The position numbers and the translations under genes were made by a program. A model generated the notes under the pieces. The model saw only the letters and a program-made list of their open reading frames with translations, searched no databases and was not told where the DNA came from. A stretch of DNA of 59,541 bases, filler included, from Basidioascus undulatus (taxonomy: Eukaryota), in NCBI GenBank assembly GCA_000826855.1. It is 3 parts of 3 records of this genome, joined end to end, with 100 filler letters (N's around TTAATTAATTAA, not from the genome) between each part and the next. Parts side by side here need not be neighbours in the genome. Positions count along the whole stretch, not along the records: positions 19,893 to 39,668 come from JTLS01000399.1; positions 39,769 to 59,541 come from JTLS01000400.1; 1 more part is not named here. One strand, 5' to 3'. This document shows positions 35,190-48,400 of the stretch, in pieces; positions within the stretch are counted from its first letter, which is position 1; the number at the start of each line of letters is the position of its first letter.

Positions 35190-36955
35190 AACTCACGAAG
35201 CACCACCGACATCCTCAGGATCAGCCTGAGGTGTTTCACGCCCCTTCGGAGTCCCTCCCAGAGGCGTCTTCTCCTTATCTTGTCCTTTGTTTTCTTTCTC
35301 TTTCGCACCCCCGCCTTCGTCTCCTTGATCTGCCACTTGCTCGCCGTGCTCCTGAGAGCTGGCGAACTGAACGATTGCACTCAGAAGTCAGCCAACGTTG
35401 TTTGACAGTGCTTGCTCAGGGATTGCTCACCATCTCATCGACCATCTGCACTACCGTAGTATTCATCAAGAGTGACCTCCAGATGATAGTAACCATTAGT
35501 ACCCTGCGAAGCTCTTCATGAGTGCGGTTCCCTCGACATAGTGGTGGTCAACGTCGCGCACCCAATGCCGGTCCAGACGGAAATCAGGACCTTGATGGGG
35601 AGAGAGTGTGTCGGGTCGTCCTGGAATACGTATGAGACGTAACCCATGACTAATAACAAATGTAAGCGGGTGATATATCGAGAGTGAAAGCGCTGCCCAC
35701 CAAAGAAAATCGTCGACCACGATTGCAGGGCGATAGGAAAGGAAAGGACGGTCGGGAAAAAGATGGGGTGGTGGAATGCTATATATTACTCTGAGCCAAT
35801 TTGACTTTGAGTTACAGGGATCAGTTGACTCACCAAATCGCTTGCACAGAGTCGAAGCAGATCATATCAGCGAGGCATTGCACTTCGCAACAAAGCTGCG
35901 TTTAGTGCTCACTTGCAAAACTCTAGCTGGTGCAGGCTGAACAATATACCCAGTTTAAGTAAGCATTGGATTAGGGCAAATACAACCTAGCTTACCTGTA
36001 TCCTCCAAAGGAGTGCTATGCTGGTAATGAGACTGAAGAGGGCACTGTCCACCGACAGCAACAGCATCGCCGCCGTGACCCTGTTGAGTTGGTTAAAAAG
36101 CATGGTGTTGCCCGCCCTGCACAGAGGAAATTTTAAGCGGAAGGCTATACCCACATAATCGTAGTCAAAGCCTACGAGAGAATCACTGGACGCCAAGTGG
36201 CCTGGGTCAAGCACGTGGATGCGCTGTGCAGCACTGCAAGCGACTCACATGTGCTGACGACGTTCATGCTTCGATATTCATCGATCCTTTAGAAAAAAGG
36301 GGGGAAGTCAGGAACAGCAATCAAGATTAGAAATGAGCGGAATGGGCATGGGAGCGCAACTGGTCTTTCTGGAACTTGTCCCACAGCTTCAGCTGCTTGG
36401 AGGTGTCCGTTGGCATCTGCGGCCGAAAAATTCTGCGGACGTATTCTTGCTATTACATGGCAGGACAATTAATGCCGCAGTTAGCCTCATCTCATGTCAC
36501 CTGAACGGTAACAGGCTCACAGGGTAGCCCAAGAAGATGAGCCTGTTGGCGAAGTCCAGAGCCGTGTCAGCTCGGCCACCTCCGCTTCAGCGCGCCAACG
36601 CACCTGCTCCAAAGCCAATGGTGCGCATTCTTCCCCAAAAAATCCTTCAGTACCCTTCCCTATTTTTCCTCGGATCGCACAAACTACTCACATCGACATG
36701 CAAGTCCCTCGACACCGGATGCGCGTTGACCGCCTCATGCGAGTTCTCCGTGAGCATGTACCGGAGCTCGTTATCCTCCGGCTTCGAACGCCAGTTGTCG
36801 TCCTTGATCTTACTCGGATTGAGGTACGGTTTCAAGTCCGACAGCGAGGCGGAACGCCGGTGGGCTCGCTGGCGGTTTTCATGCCGCAGCGGCGTTTGCC
36901 GCTCGGCGTCGGACGCGCGGCGGTCGGGGTCACGGTTGCATCGGAGTCGGAACAT
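35190..36955 (-). CDS. Hypothetical multi-exon membrane protein (boundaries uncertain)
   Basis: Exon-like frames with GT donors: MFRLRC...RDLHVD|, DFWGRMRTIGFG|, ALDFANRLIFLGYP|, QEYVRRIF...WDKFQKD and the hydrophobic RVTAAMLLLSVDSALFSLITSIALLWRIQ|. Confidence 0.4.
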
Positions 36956-37499
36956 GGCGAGGTGTAAGAAGGATGTGTGGTAGGATCGGTTTGGACGGAG
37001 TTGACAACAACTCTGGATAGGCCCGAACTGTATATTGTCCGTCGGGTAAGCAAAGGATGAGGCTGCTCTGAGCTTGACTGACTTTCGTCGTCGAAACGAA
37101 GGCGAAAAAGTTACGGCAAATGGCACCGTATTTCAGGAACTGCCAAGCTGCAAGGGTGCTAAAAGGGTAACGTTCGAGAACTTCTATGTCGAGGTCACTT
37201 CTCATAGCGAAGGCGTCGCAGCGTCAGCTTACTTGCAGAGACGAGAACGCTGCTGGCAACGTTACTCTACAGGAATCGAGATAGCGAAAGAATATGAATG
37301 TTCTTGTGGTAAATAGCTCGAAAGGATGCGCAGACGTCGAAAAATGCGACGTGGTCTCCAGACAAAGTCTCAGTGCAGCAGCAGCTCAGCCTCGGGGATC
37401 GCCTTCGTAGTCCTGCTCTTCCTGCGCGTCGAGCGCCTCCTAATCCACCATCATCATCAGCCTTCCCTATTTAACAGGCCTAAGCTGAAATGAGATGGA

Positions 37500-38020
37500 C
37501 GCACAGGTTCGGTCGCCTCGCCGTCCTCAACCTTAAGCATGCGGTCGACGATCTCCTGTCAAGTTCTTTCAGGAACCTGTGTCTGGCGAAGCATCAAGCG
37601 ACAAGCAAAACCCACCTCCGAGTCGAGACTGGCGGGGGTTTTTGTTTCCGTCGGCGACCACTTGTACGGAGGAGACTGTCTAGGACACACGGCCCCGGCT
37701 CGCTGCTGCTCCTCTCGTGCTTCTTGGACTTGGCCTGCTTGAGCTTCTGGGCGGCGGGGGTGGTGCTCGAGGAAGGGGCCTGCCATCAAGACTTTCAAAA
37801 TCACAGCTACACCCTGGAAAGTAAACGAAACGAATCGGCGCACCTTGCGCTTCGGCGCCGCCTTCGGGGACGCAGCCTTCGTCTTCGCCTTGGTCTTCGC
37901 CGTTCCCTTCGCCTTCGCCTTCGACTGCTTCTCGTTCTCGTACTCGTCCTTGACGGTAGAGATCCACTTGCACGGGCCAGCGAGGATCTCTTCGATCTCA
38001 GGGAACTGTACAGTAACTCG
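37500..38020 (-). pseudogene. Lys/Ala-rich coding remnant of an unknown gene
   Basis: FPEIEEILAGPCKWISTVKDEYENEKQSKAKAKGTAKTKAKTKAASPKAAPKRK followed by a GTGCGC donor. Downstream pieces contain stops. Confidence 0.3.
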
Positions 38021-38230
38021 TCGTCAGCTGGTTTCCCCGTCCAGTCGGTCGTTGTCAACAGGATTGACCTCCTCGTCCGTCTCCTTCCCGTCAGTAATGC
38101 TGAGCTTCTTCGCCCTGGACCTCCCACTTCCCGCCAACTTGTTCAGCCGACCCTAAAAACTACGAGAAGCTGAACTTCCGAAAATTCGCACCTCATCCTG
38201 TGCCTTCTCCTGCGCCTTCTTCGCCTTTTT

Positions 38231-39000
38231 TTATAGAGCATCCAAACTAGAAACAGTATACCCCTCAAAACAGCTCCCAGTCCCCTGCCATCTGGCCCTT
38301 GCGCCCTCATCACTTTTGAACACGCCCGTACCGGCATTCCTCACCCAGCGCCTAAGCAACACCCCCCGAACATCCACCACCTCTCCCACTTCCAAAAACT
38401 TCCCAGCGCGCTCCATCCATCGATCAATCAAGATCGGGAACTCGTAAGCGCCCACGATCCACCGGATCCTCCGCACGTGTCGCCGGGCTCGCTCGAGGTC
38501 GTCGAGAGCCGCTGGACTGACCCCCGCAATACAGAGGGATTTTGCAGGGGAGCGTGGGGGGGCGGAAAAGGCAAGAATTAGATCTTTAGTGGTGTGCAAG
38601 TGCTGGAGGTGGGGGAGCCCGTGCTGAAGAGCTCGTGCAGAATTCGTCTGGTGGTTGACGGTAGCGATTTGGTTGCATGTACAGGCGGCAGGAGATGAAG
38701 GGAGGTGACGCAAGACCCTATATTGAGAAAAATTGAGCCACCGCGAGATTGACTTGTTGGCGAAATAGAGAGCCGAATGGGCAGTGTGTTCGTCGAGGGC
38801 AGTGCGGGATGCAAGTGTGCGGGCGAAGTGAGCCGCCGAGGAATCGGAGACAATCGAGGGCGACTTGTAGAGCTCGTTTTGTGCCAACTCACCCACAGGT
38901 ATTGCAAAATGAACGATTTAAAGAAGTAAAGACAAGCCCGTTGAGTTATACGTACATGGCTGAAGAGACGACACGTCAAAATCGCAAGGCTCCGGCACGC
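38231..39000 (-). CDS. Hypothetical F-box-like protein, possibly degenerate
   Basis: 221-aa ORF starting ELAQNELYKSPSIVSDSSAAHFARTL, which resembles the post-F-box LY..P.l....F.RTL pattern of basidiomycete F-box proteins. Confidence 0.35.
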
Positions 39001-39434
39001 CGAAGCACGCCCTTGGCCGGTGCTCCCCCCGAAACATGCGGGCAGGTGCTCTTGTAGGATGGGCGCCCACGGCTCCAGAGGGTAGTGTAACCGTAGTGCG
39101 AGCACGCCGAGCAGGCAAGAAGCGGCATATCGGGTAAGCGCCGTAAGCGACGACGGAGCAAAAGGGCTTGATAATGATCCCGAATGCCATCTCCCAGCAA
39201 GCGGCCAAGACTAGAGTGAGGCCAATTACAAGACACGTTCCAAGATCGAGGTTTGGGGCGGGTGATGGTGACATGGGAGATTGTGGTGCAGTACAAAAGA
39301 GCAGCATACCGGGCCGCAACCTTCCGCTGGTAGTATCAGCTTTCGCCGAGCTTCCGTCATCGTCGCACATGCTAGCTGCAACCTCACACATCTCGAATGA
39401 TCTATGTATTCTTTCCAACTGTATCACAGACCCT

Positions 39435-39668
39435 TTACGCCCTGCGCCCATGATCCGGTGCAATCTCCAAGAAAGGCTCGAGGTTGAACTCGAGAGCGGA
39501 GCAAGGCGTCTTGATCTCGAACGCCTCCAGCACGCTCGGGTGGAGGATGCCGAGGTGGCCGATCTTAAGGTCGCGCGAGGTGCCGCTCGCGAGCGTCGGT
39601 AGCGCAGACGCGAGCGCGTCCTTGACGGTGTCGAGCGCGGAGGGCTTGGACGCGGGGGCGGGGGTGGA
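39435..39668 (-). CDS. FRS1: Phenylalanyl-tRNA synthetase beta subunit, C-terminal fragment (cut by the gap)
   Basis: KIGHLGILHPSVLEAFEIKTPCSALEFNLEPFL matches the conserved eukaryotic PheRS-beta C-terminus. Confidence 0.88.
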   Translation of the reverse strand, partial: STPAPASKPSALDTVKDALASALPTLASGTSRDLKIGHLGILHPSVLEAFEIKTPCSALEFNLEPFLEIAPDHGRRA

Positions 39669-39768
39669 NNNNNNNNNNNNNNNNNNNNNNNNNNNNNNNN
39701 NNNNNNNNNNNNTTAATTAATTAANNNNNNNNNNNNNNNNNNNNNNNNNNNNNNNNNNNNNNNNNNNN
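39669..39768. other. Assembly spacer (N-run with TTAATTAATTAA linker)
   Basis: Same 100-bp design as 19793-19892. Confidence 0.97.
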
Positions 39769-39793
39769 GGGGCAGGGTGAGGGGAGACGCACT

Positions 39794-40753
39794 TATAGAG
39801 CCGTTACTCAACAGGTCGTAGGTGCCGTGTTGCCAGTAAATGAGCGCTTGGATGCACTGCGGCATTGTAGCTGCGCAGGGGGAATGGGTACCGTCAGCGG
39901 CAGCTCACACGCTGCATCTACGGCTATCCAGCGCTCCAAATCACATCGCCCAGCGACCCAACGTCCCGCAAGATCGAGCTTCGACGCGGCGGCCACCACC
40001 CAGCCCGTAACGAAACAGGGCGCGCGCCTTCCCGCTTCGCGCACTTCCCCTCGCTATGCTTAGAACCGCAACTCACCATTAGACTTGAAGCGGTACAGCG
40101 CCTCCTCAAAGTGCCCATCAGCAGTGCTGTCATCCAAAATCCCCAGTCAGTCCGAATGCTCAGATTTGGGGCACGCAGATGGTGGGCCAGAAGACGCACA
40201 AGGAATAAGAGATGCCCGTCGTTTTGGGGTAGAAGAAAGTGTAGTTCAATGGGTTGATAAAGCCCTGGAGGATGGTATGCGATACCGTCAGCTATCGGTA
40301 GAAAGGAAGGATGGAACGGTGCGAGCGGTGTTGCTGCTGCGCATGAGCACCCGCCGCCTGTCGCGCCAGGGGCTGAGGCGCTTGATCGCGCGGCGAGCGG
40401 GGCAGGCTCCCACCGTCGACCCCGCCGCGTCGTTCCCATCAACAGTGCCCATCCGCCCATCCCAAAGACCAGCGCAAGGGGACCTGAGCTAAGGAGCCCG
40501 AGCGAGGAATGGGTGGAGAGTGGCAGCGGGCTCGTGCTCCCCGCGCGGCAGGATCACGCTCTCGACTCACGTTGCCCGTCTCAACGGCGCCGCTGCCGGA
40601 GCTCCATGTCCCCACGAGGTCGTCCATGGTCTGCGCATGGACGCCGCCCGCCTGGGAGAGCGCGACGACGGCGGCGGCCGCGAGGGTGCGCTTTGCGAGT
40701 CGGGACCCCCGGCGGGAGGGGCGGGAGGACGAGGAAGCGGACGGGGAGGGCAT
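39794..40753 (-). CDS. ROT1: ER chaperone Rot1, 5' part (3' part lost in the gap)
   Basis: Signal peptide, then LVGTWSSGSGAVETG|, FINPLNYTFFYPKTTGISYS|, TADGHFEEALYRFKSN| and PQCIQALIYWQHGTYDLLSNGSI. Confidence 0.92.
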
Positions 40754-42959
40754 CGCGGGCGGCGGGGTGGGGCGAACGGTGTGCGCTGCGGCGGGGAGGC
40801 GGACGAGTGGATTTATGGGCGCCGCTGGCTGAGAAGAGGGAAGGGAGGAAGGTAAAGTAGAATGTGAGGGCGAGGGGCAAGGGGACCGAGACGAGGCAAG
40901 CGAAAGGAGCGTTTGGAGCAAGCAAGGGCGAGCGCAGCAGACAGCTGAGGCGAGACCAGCCGACAAGACGAGCGCAAGGAACGCGAGATCGAGACCGAAA
41001 CGCGGAGAGTGACCCGGTCCGCCGGCAGACACAGTGACCTCGCAAAAATCCCACAATTTTTACACTGGATCCTGGACGTTTGACGCGGAAATGGAAAGTG
41101 TTTGTTCGAGTCACCCGCCAAGACGCGTTTCACGCTGCTCGATTTCGTGGGGATGGCAAGTCTGGGTCCGACGTCTGACAGCCGTAAGTAGGTAGATTGT
41201 GCGTCATCGCTTGAAAGCTTTGCTGTGCTCCTCGTCCGCTGCAGTGCGGCGATCTCTCGTCCGCTCAAAACACCACGATGAAAGATTGAGACAACATTCT
41301 TCAACCAGTCGGAAATGTTGTTGAAGTGGTTGCCAGCGTGAAAGTGAAGTGAACAGCGAACAGGAGACCCTGCGAGCCGGCAGCCGCAACTTGACACGAA
41401 CACGCGAACACTGGGAGCGCTGTGTCCCATCCGCACTCAAAAGTAGTCCGCCGTTTTGGTGGTCGGCTCGACAAACCTGTAGACGGGTAAATGAACCCGG
41501 GGTGTATACGACATGAACATTCGAGGTTGTCTTAGCCAGGCCAACCCAAAGGGCTTTGGACGAGCGGCTCCAAGCGGCTCCATCATCACGGCGTCTTGCG
41601 AGCCTGTATCTGACCGCCGCATCCTGCCTTGGCACCAACGCCAAGTTACTACGGGAGGTTGCTTCAAACAGTGATTGTTGTGAGTGGAGATGGAATTTGG
41701 GGTTAGCAGGCTGAGCAATGCCAACACGGGCTGGGGTGCCCATCGACAGGGGCGCCGGGTGCGTTGCCAGCCGATGTCGGCTGCAGATGCGGTCTTTGCA
41801 GACTTGCTGGAGGTAAGGGATTGTCTGATCTTTCCAGTGGGCTTTTAATTTTCTGGGCTAAATATCGACCAAGCACACAGCAAACAAGCCCTGCTCGCAA
41901 GCTCATCATCGCAAGCCCATGCATGCGAAGTATGAGAATCTGCTCATGCCGGAAAGTACAGTGCAAGTCATGCTCTCGCACCTGGATCACCGTGAACCCG
42001 TCCACCGCCTGCAAGTGGACCAGGCCGCCCGCTTAGCGGCGAGGGCAGCGAAGACCGCGGGAGCGGAGAGCGCGAGAAGGTTAAACAGAGTAGGGGTCTT
42101 TATTGGAATTGTTCGAAGCAGCTTAACTGCGGATGGTGTTGAATAAAGTGAGAAGAAGGTCGGAATTGATCAGAAATGAGCGTATTGGTAATGTCAAAAG
42201 AAAGTATCTGAGAGATTGAGATAAGGAGTCAAGGTCTGCTGGGTGTGAGCTTATATACTTTCCAGCCTTCCAAGATGAAGTGGGGAGAGGTGAAATGAGA
42301 TGATGAGCGAGGGGCAATACCGCTCGCCCTCGTTTCGTCTGAGATATGTTGGGACGCGCGGAGGTCTGCGGACGGAGAGCATACAGCGACGCGCACGGGA
42401 ATGTTAGTACTCAATTCTGCCTGTTAAGAACAATTTCCGTGAGAGGGCAAGCTTCCTTTACGATCAGGAGCATCGGGAGGTGCACACTGTACTGCTTGCA
42501 ACTGGCGGTGATGCAACGAGCGGCAGCTGTGGAAGTTACACTCCGTGGGGAGGTTACTTTTGGTCTAACGCGGAAATTTGAGGCAAGGAGGTAAAATGGA
42601 ATATGTCATGCCACCCCTCATCTCGTATTCCTTTTCGTTAAGAGATCAGTGCAGGAGATGGGGGGGAGGGGACTGATGCACTCCACCGAGCGAACAGGCG
42701 CAGCCGAGCATTCTCCCTCCGTCGGACTCGACGAAAGCCAGGCAGACTATGGCATGCGCCCAAAACGCTCAAAATGATAGACAACTTTTCGTCCAAGACA
42801 CATGAACCTTCATTGGTGTTTAGGAAAGAAGGCTACGGAGGCGGGGTGCAGCAGCCTTCAGGGCGTCCGTCCACCACTTTGAAACGCAGAGCCATAGAAA
42901 TCTATCTCCTCTGAGCACTCGCACATCAGCGAAATTCGACAAATGGATCCTAATTTTGA

Positions 42960-43789
42960 CTCACCGCCGTCTTCCCGGATCCTTCTTCTAACCTCCCAAG
43001 CGAGTTCAGCCTCCTTGAGCTGGTCCACGATCTCCTGGATGTCGTCCTCGGGAGCGCCACGAGCCAAGGCGGCGAGCAGCATGTGGCGCCATATCCAGTA
43101 GGTCAGGATCTTCATGTCGGCGTACTCTTCAGAATACACGACTCTGCCGGAGGAGTCCTTGAGCTTGATCGCGCATCGAGGCTCATGTCGTCGTACTGGG
43201 AGCTGGTGCAGCGGCAGAGTCCAGCATATTGCCCTCAGGATGAGAAGAACGTACCGGCACCGGCTCTTACGAAGCTTGTCCACGGTTTCATGCAGAGCCA
43301 GAGTGACTGGGAGATAAGAGGAAGCTCAAGCCCTCGCTAGACGCCGACCTCGAAGAGCGCGGGGAACCACTCCAAGATCTCCTCTGATCTCGCGCATCAT
43401 CTCGCCCAGGGGGTGCATGATGAGGTTCATTCAGACGCTCGGAAGGATGGCACGCACCTGCTCATCATACCCGTCTTTCCTGTCACTGCTCACGTCCTTC
43501 TCCAGCTCCTTGAGCTGCCTCTTCAAGCTCCTCTCGCGCTCGCCGTAGGCGACTCTGGCAGGATTCTGTGCGGGACCCGCCTATGAAGAAAGAGCCGATC
43601 TCGGAGTGTTGCTGTACGTGGTGAGTAAGCTGGCCGAGATCTTGATCGCTTCGGCTGCCGGGAGCGCGTCGAGAACGGGAAGATGTGTTTGGCGAGCAGG
43701 TCTCGGTATGCCGCGGGCGGAAGTATGGCGAACAGTTGAGAGATGACGCTGCTCGTTGAGGGAAGGGAAGGCAAAGAGGGCGTAGGCAA
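42960..43789 (-). pseudogene. Decayed hypothetical protein
   Basis: Helical coding-like frames (RSLKRQLKELEKDV..DGYDEQ, EMMREI, WFPALFEVGV, WIWRHMLLAALARG) interrupted by stops and frameshifts. Confidence 0.45.
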
Positions 43790-45489
43790 ATATTGTAGCT
43801 GAGGGGGCTCTTAGTCGATCGCAGGCCGCTTTCGAGGGACCATGGCGAGGACAGGGGTGATGTGCTGGCAGCTGAGAAAGGAACTCAAACGTCTGAGAGA
43901 AAACTGCCGCGCTTTTATTATCGGGAGTCCCAGGTCCCGTCACTTGACCAGTGGTGTGGCTCTGGGAATCCCTCGAGCTGCTCGCGAGCAGTCGTGGAGG
44001 AATCCCAGAGGAATTGCGGAACTGCCTCGCGCCGCCGGCTAAAGATCTGATGCAACCAGTCGCATCGTTGCATTGAACCTCCTGTGCCAACATGTGCAGC
44101 CACTCAGTGATGGACATGAGCAGCTCTGAGATGTTGAAAGTAAAGACGGAGACTGATGAGAGGCGGAGACTGCTAGTGCAGCCCGGGGCGGGGCGAGGAG
44201 AAAACTTGCGCTGCCCCCTTGAAGGGAAGGCTGCTGAGGCTGTCGTTGAACAGTTCATCAATGAACTTGGGATATTCCTTGAATTCAAGACATTGAATGT
44301 CAGCAGCAGGACGTGTATGAACATAATTTATTTGCAACTTCCCAACACTGCCCGCACAGTCTGCTCTCCGTTCACCTCGGTTTGCACTGTGGGGCAAGAA
44401 AAGACCTTTGGAGTACAAGCAAGCTGTCTTCATCAGATTACATAAAACAAAAAGTGTATTCACCAAGGTAAACCGAAAGCTTTGATGGCCACTGAGGGAG
44501 GGAGAGAAGATGACTGGGAAGTTTCAATTTTGTTGTAGTGACCCGGTGCGTGACCCACACAGTCTGTAGCATCTCTGAGCCGCTTCAGGAGTGTTTCTGT
44601 TGGAGACGTTGTTTATATCAACACCAATACATCCTTTTATTGTGGACTGCAGGTTGGCTGTTGAAAGCTCTAAGGAGAGCAGGAAGACAATGGCAGCCCT
44701 GGCTGGTCTACTTAGCACGAACCTCACCGAGCAAGACAGGGAAGGATGCTATCACCATTTACTCTCAACTAGCTGCCACATTGACTTGAGAGTCCAGCTA
44801 CCCGAGAGACTTTATACTGAGGCTGAAAGTAGAACGAGGCTTGCTGCAATGGGCATATGGAATTGCTAAAAACACCTTATTTCACCTGCAGGTTGGCCTA
44901 CTTCGAACGAACACTCCCCTCGCCTTTTACTAGAGGAGTCCGAGTAGGCTGGCCACCTTGCAGGTTTACCAATTTCTGGGCCCAACAACCTTCTGGTTGC
45001 TTTCTTTTTTTTTTTTTGCTCTTCAACCCCCTGCATACATCCTTTCGCTGGTCTCGAATGAGGAGAAAGGCAAACCAGGGTTAAGGGTTGGTTGCAAGGA
45101 CGATCACCACACGCGCTCGAAGCGTGCGTTCGAATCTCGACTGAGTCTTGCACCGTCATTACTGCCCTCAGGACTGTCACTTCCAATGCCCGTGTCCTCT
45201 GATTACTCCAACAATGGCAGAGGTAGTTGTCTAAATCCCCCCTATATTTTCTTTCTTGCATTAACTCTCCTCGTCGCCGCGCTGCCTACGATAATCCGCG
45301 CTGTAATGGATCGGCGTTGACGGGTGGTCCTCGGCTGCCGGAAACCTCGCCCGCGCCCGAGAGTGCCCGGCGTCACTTTGAGGCTCGTTCGTTCTCCACC
45401 CTCGACCTCACCGCCATCACACTCTCCTCCTCCTGACCGCGCTTACAATCCCTGCTCTTCGGAGCATTCCTTTATCTCTCTCCATCACC

Positions 45490-48400
45490 ATGCTGCCCCG
45501 CCTCTCCCAACGCGTCCGCCTCGCGCGCACGCTCCGCCCCGCCGGCGTGCGCCTCAGCAGCCGGCCCCTGGCTTCCCAGGTCCCGGACGTGCTCAAGCAG
45601 CCTCCCGCGCCGTACGACGCCTTCGCGACCACCGGCCTCGACCACGCCTACCTGGAGGAGCAGTACCGCGAGTGGAAGACTAACCCTTCCTCCGTCCACC
45701 CTTCCTGGGCCGCGTACTTTGAGGGCCTCGAGCACGGCGTCAACCCGGCCGAGGCGTTCGTCCCGCCTCCGACCCTGGGCGGCGCTGTCGCGCCGTCTGA
45801 GGGGAAGCGGGCACCCATGGACACCAACTTGGAGGACCACTTGAAGGTGCGCTTACAACGGTCCTCGTTGAAATGCGTGCGGGCTGACTGATAGATTGGC
45901 GTCCACAGGCCCAACTCCTCGTCCGCGCGTTCCAGGTCCGCGGCCACCGCCTGGCCAAGCTTGACCCTCTGGGCATGCAGCCCGAATTCTCTCCTCCCGA
46001 GCTGCAGCTCGAAACGTACGGATGGTCGGAGAAGGTCCGTACCCTTTCATACTTGGGAAGGCGGCGAAGCTGAGATGGGGGCGCGGCGTGCAGGATCTCG
46101 ACCGCGAGATCTCGCTGGGGCCCGGCATCCTGCCGCGCTTCGCTGTCGAGGGAAAGAGCAAGATGTCGCTGAGGGAGATTGTCGAGACGTGCAAGAAGAT
46201 CTACTGTACGCGTTGCACCGGTTCCTCGCGTCTGCGTCTCGCTCACACGTCTTCTTTCAGGCGGACCCGTTGGCATCCAATACGTGCGTGAGGTGCTTCA
46301 ATGAGCTGGTCCATGTGCTGAATGATTGTGGGGAGTGCAGATTCACATTCCCGACAAGGACCAGTGCGACTGGATCCGCCAGCGCATCGAGATTCCCAGC
46401 CCGTGGCGCTACAACGTCGAGGAGAAGCGCATGATCCTCGACCGTCTTCTCTGGTCGACCTCCTTCGAGCAGTGTGCGTAGTCGCTCAGTCCTGCCCCTT
46501 AAAGCTTTCTGCTAACCTTTCCACGCACGCAGTCGTTGCTTCTAAGGTTCATTCAATTGCCCCTTCGGCTGCGAGAATCGGAACCTGACGATTGGCTTGT
46601 GGGCAGTTCCCGAACGAGAAGCGCTTCGGTCTCGAGGGTGCCGAGACCCTCATTCCCGGAATGAAGGCCCTGATCGACCGCTCCGTCGAGCACGGCGTCA
46701 AGCACATCACGATGGGCATGCCTCATCGTGGGCGCTTGAACGTCCTCGCCAACGTCATTCGCAAGCCTTCCGAGGCGATCTTGTCCGTCTTGCCCACCGC
46801 TCCTCATCTTCCCCGCTCCCTTTCTGACGAAAATACAAATTCCTTTCCCGCAGCAACGAGTTCACCGGCGCGCTCGACGAGTCGCAGTCGGGCGGCGGCG
46901 ACGTCAAGTACCACCTTGGCGCGAACTACGTGCGCCCTACGCCGTCGGGCAAGAAGGTGGCGCTCTCGCTCGTCGCGAACCCGTCGCACCTCGAGGCTGC
47001 GGACCCGGTCGTGCTCGGCAAGACGCGCGCGCTGCAGCACCTCGAGGGGGAGGAGGGCAAGGGCAACACCGCGATGGGCGTGCTCCTCCACGGCGACGGC
47101 GCGTTCGCCGCCCAGGGCGTCGTCTACGAGACGATGGGCATGACCCACCTCGCGAACTACGGCACGGGTGGGACGGTCCACATTGTGTGAGTCGATTGGA
47201 TTGCTTGTGCTTGGGATTGGAGGTGGAGAGGAATGAGGATGGAGGTTGACGTGAGCGTTATCGCAGCGTTAACAACCAGGTCGCGTTCACCACGAACCCT
47301 GACGTCGGCCGCTCGACCCCCTACCCCACCGACATTGCGAAGAGCATCGACGCCCCCGTACGTTGCTGATTCCTCTGCCACCCTGCCTCGTCTTCGCTGA
47401 CCTTTCCGGCCGTCGCAGATCTTCCACTGCAACGGCGACGTATGTTTTGCTCCGACATATTGACCATACAGCGGGATTCTAGCTGACTCTGCATTACATA
47501 GAACGCCGAGGCGGTCACCTTCGTCTGCCAGCTCGCGGCCGACTTCCGTGCGCGCTTCAAGAAGGACGTCGTCATCAACCTTGTCTGCTACCGCAAGCAT
47601 GGCCACAACGTGCGTCCAGCTTGCGCTTCTGGCTTGGCACATTTGTCGCCAACCCGCTGACCTCCCGATCGCATTATGACACTGCAGGAGACCGACCAGC
47701 CGTCGTTCACCCAGCCCGCTATGTACGAGTCGATCGCCAAGCAGGAGCCTGCGCTCAATAAGGTTCGTTGCCGCTTTCTCCTGCCCTGTCCTCCGTTACA
47801 GGCGATTTTCACCCCACATTTCCGCACCGCAGTACGTGAAACAGCTCCAGGCGGAGAAGACGTTCACGCCCGAGGAGACCGAGGAGCACAAGAAGTGGGT
47901 CTGGAACCAGCTAGAGAAGGCTTTCCAGGACTCGAAGCAGTACAAGGCCTCGGGCCGCGAGTGGCTCTCGTCTTCGTGGGAGGGCTTCCCGTCGCCGGAT
48001 GACGTGAGTGCTATTCGTGCCTGAGAATCGTACAGCGTGCGTTCGATGCTCACTAAGCATTTGCGCAGCTCGCCGCTCGCGTCCTCCCTACTCGCCCCAC
48101 GGGCGCCAAGGAGGAGACGCTCCAGCACATCGGCAAGGTCATCTCGTCTTTCCCTGAGGTTCGTCGCTACACTTTCTTTCCTGCTACGCGAACCGTCACT
48201 GACGGGGCTGGGCCGCATCCGCAGGGCTTCACTCCCCACCGCAACCTCGCCCGTATCCTGAAGAACCGTGGCAAGACGGTTGAGGAGGGCACGAACATCG
48301 ACTGGTCGACGGCCGAGGCGCTCGCGATCGGCGCGCTCGCGCTCGAACAGATCCATGTCCGCATCTCGGGCCAAGACGTCGAGCGCGGCACGTTCTCCCA

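Noticed and set aside
39435..40753. Apparent ROT1-FRS1 fusion on the minus strand
   Set aside because: The two partial genes are separated by an assembly spacer that must hide kilobases or join unrelated contigs.
45070..45150. GTTCGAATC B-box-like motif suggesting a tRNA, and nearby GGGTTAAGGGTT telomere-like bases
   Set aside because: No T-stem or acceptor-stem pairing, and only two imperfect telomere-like units.
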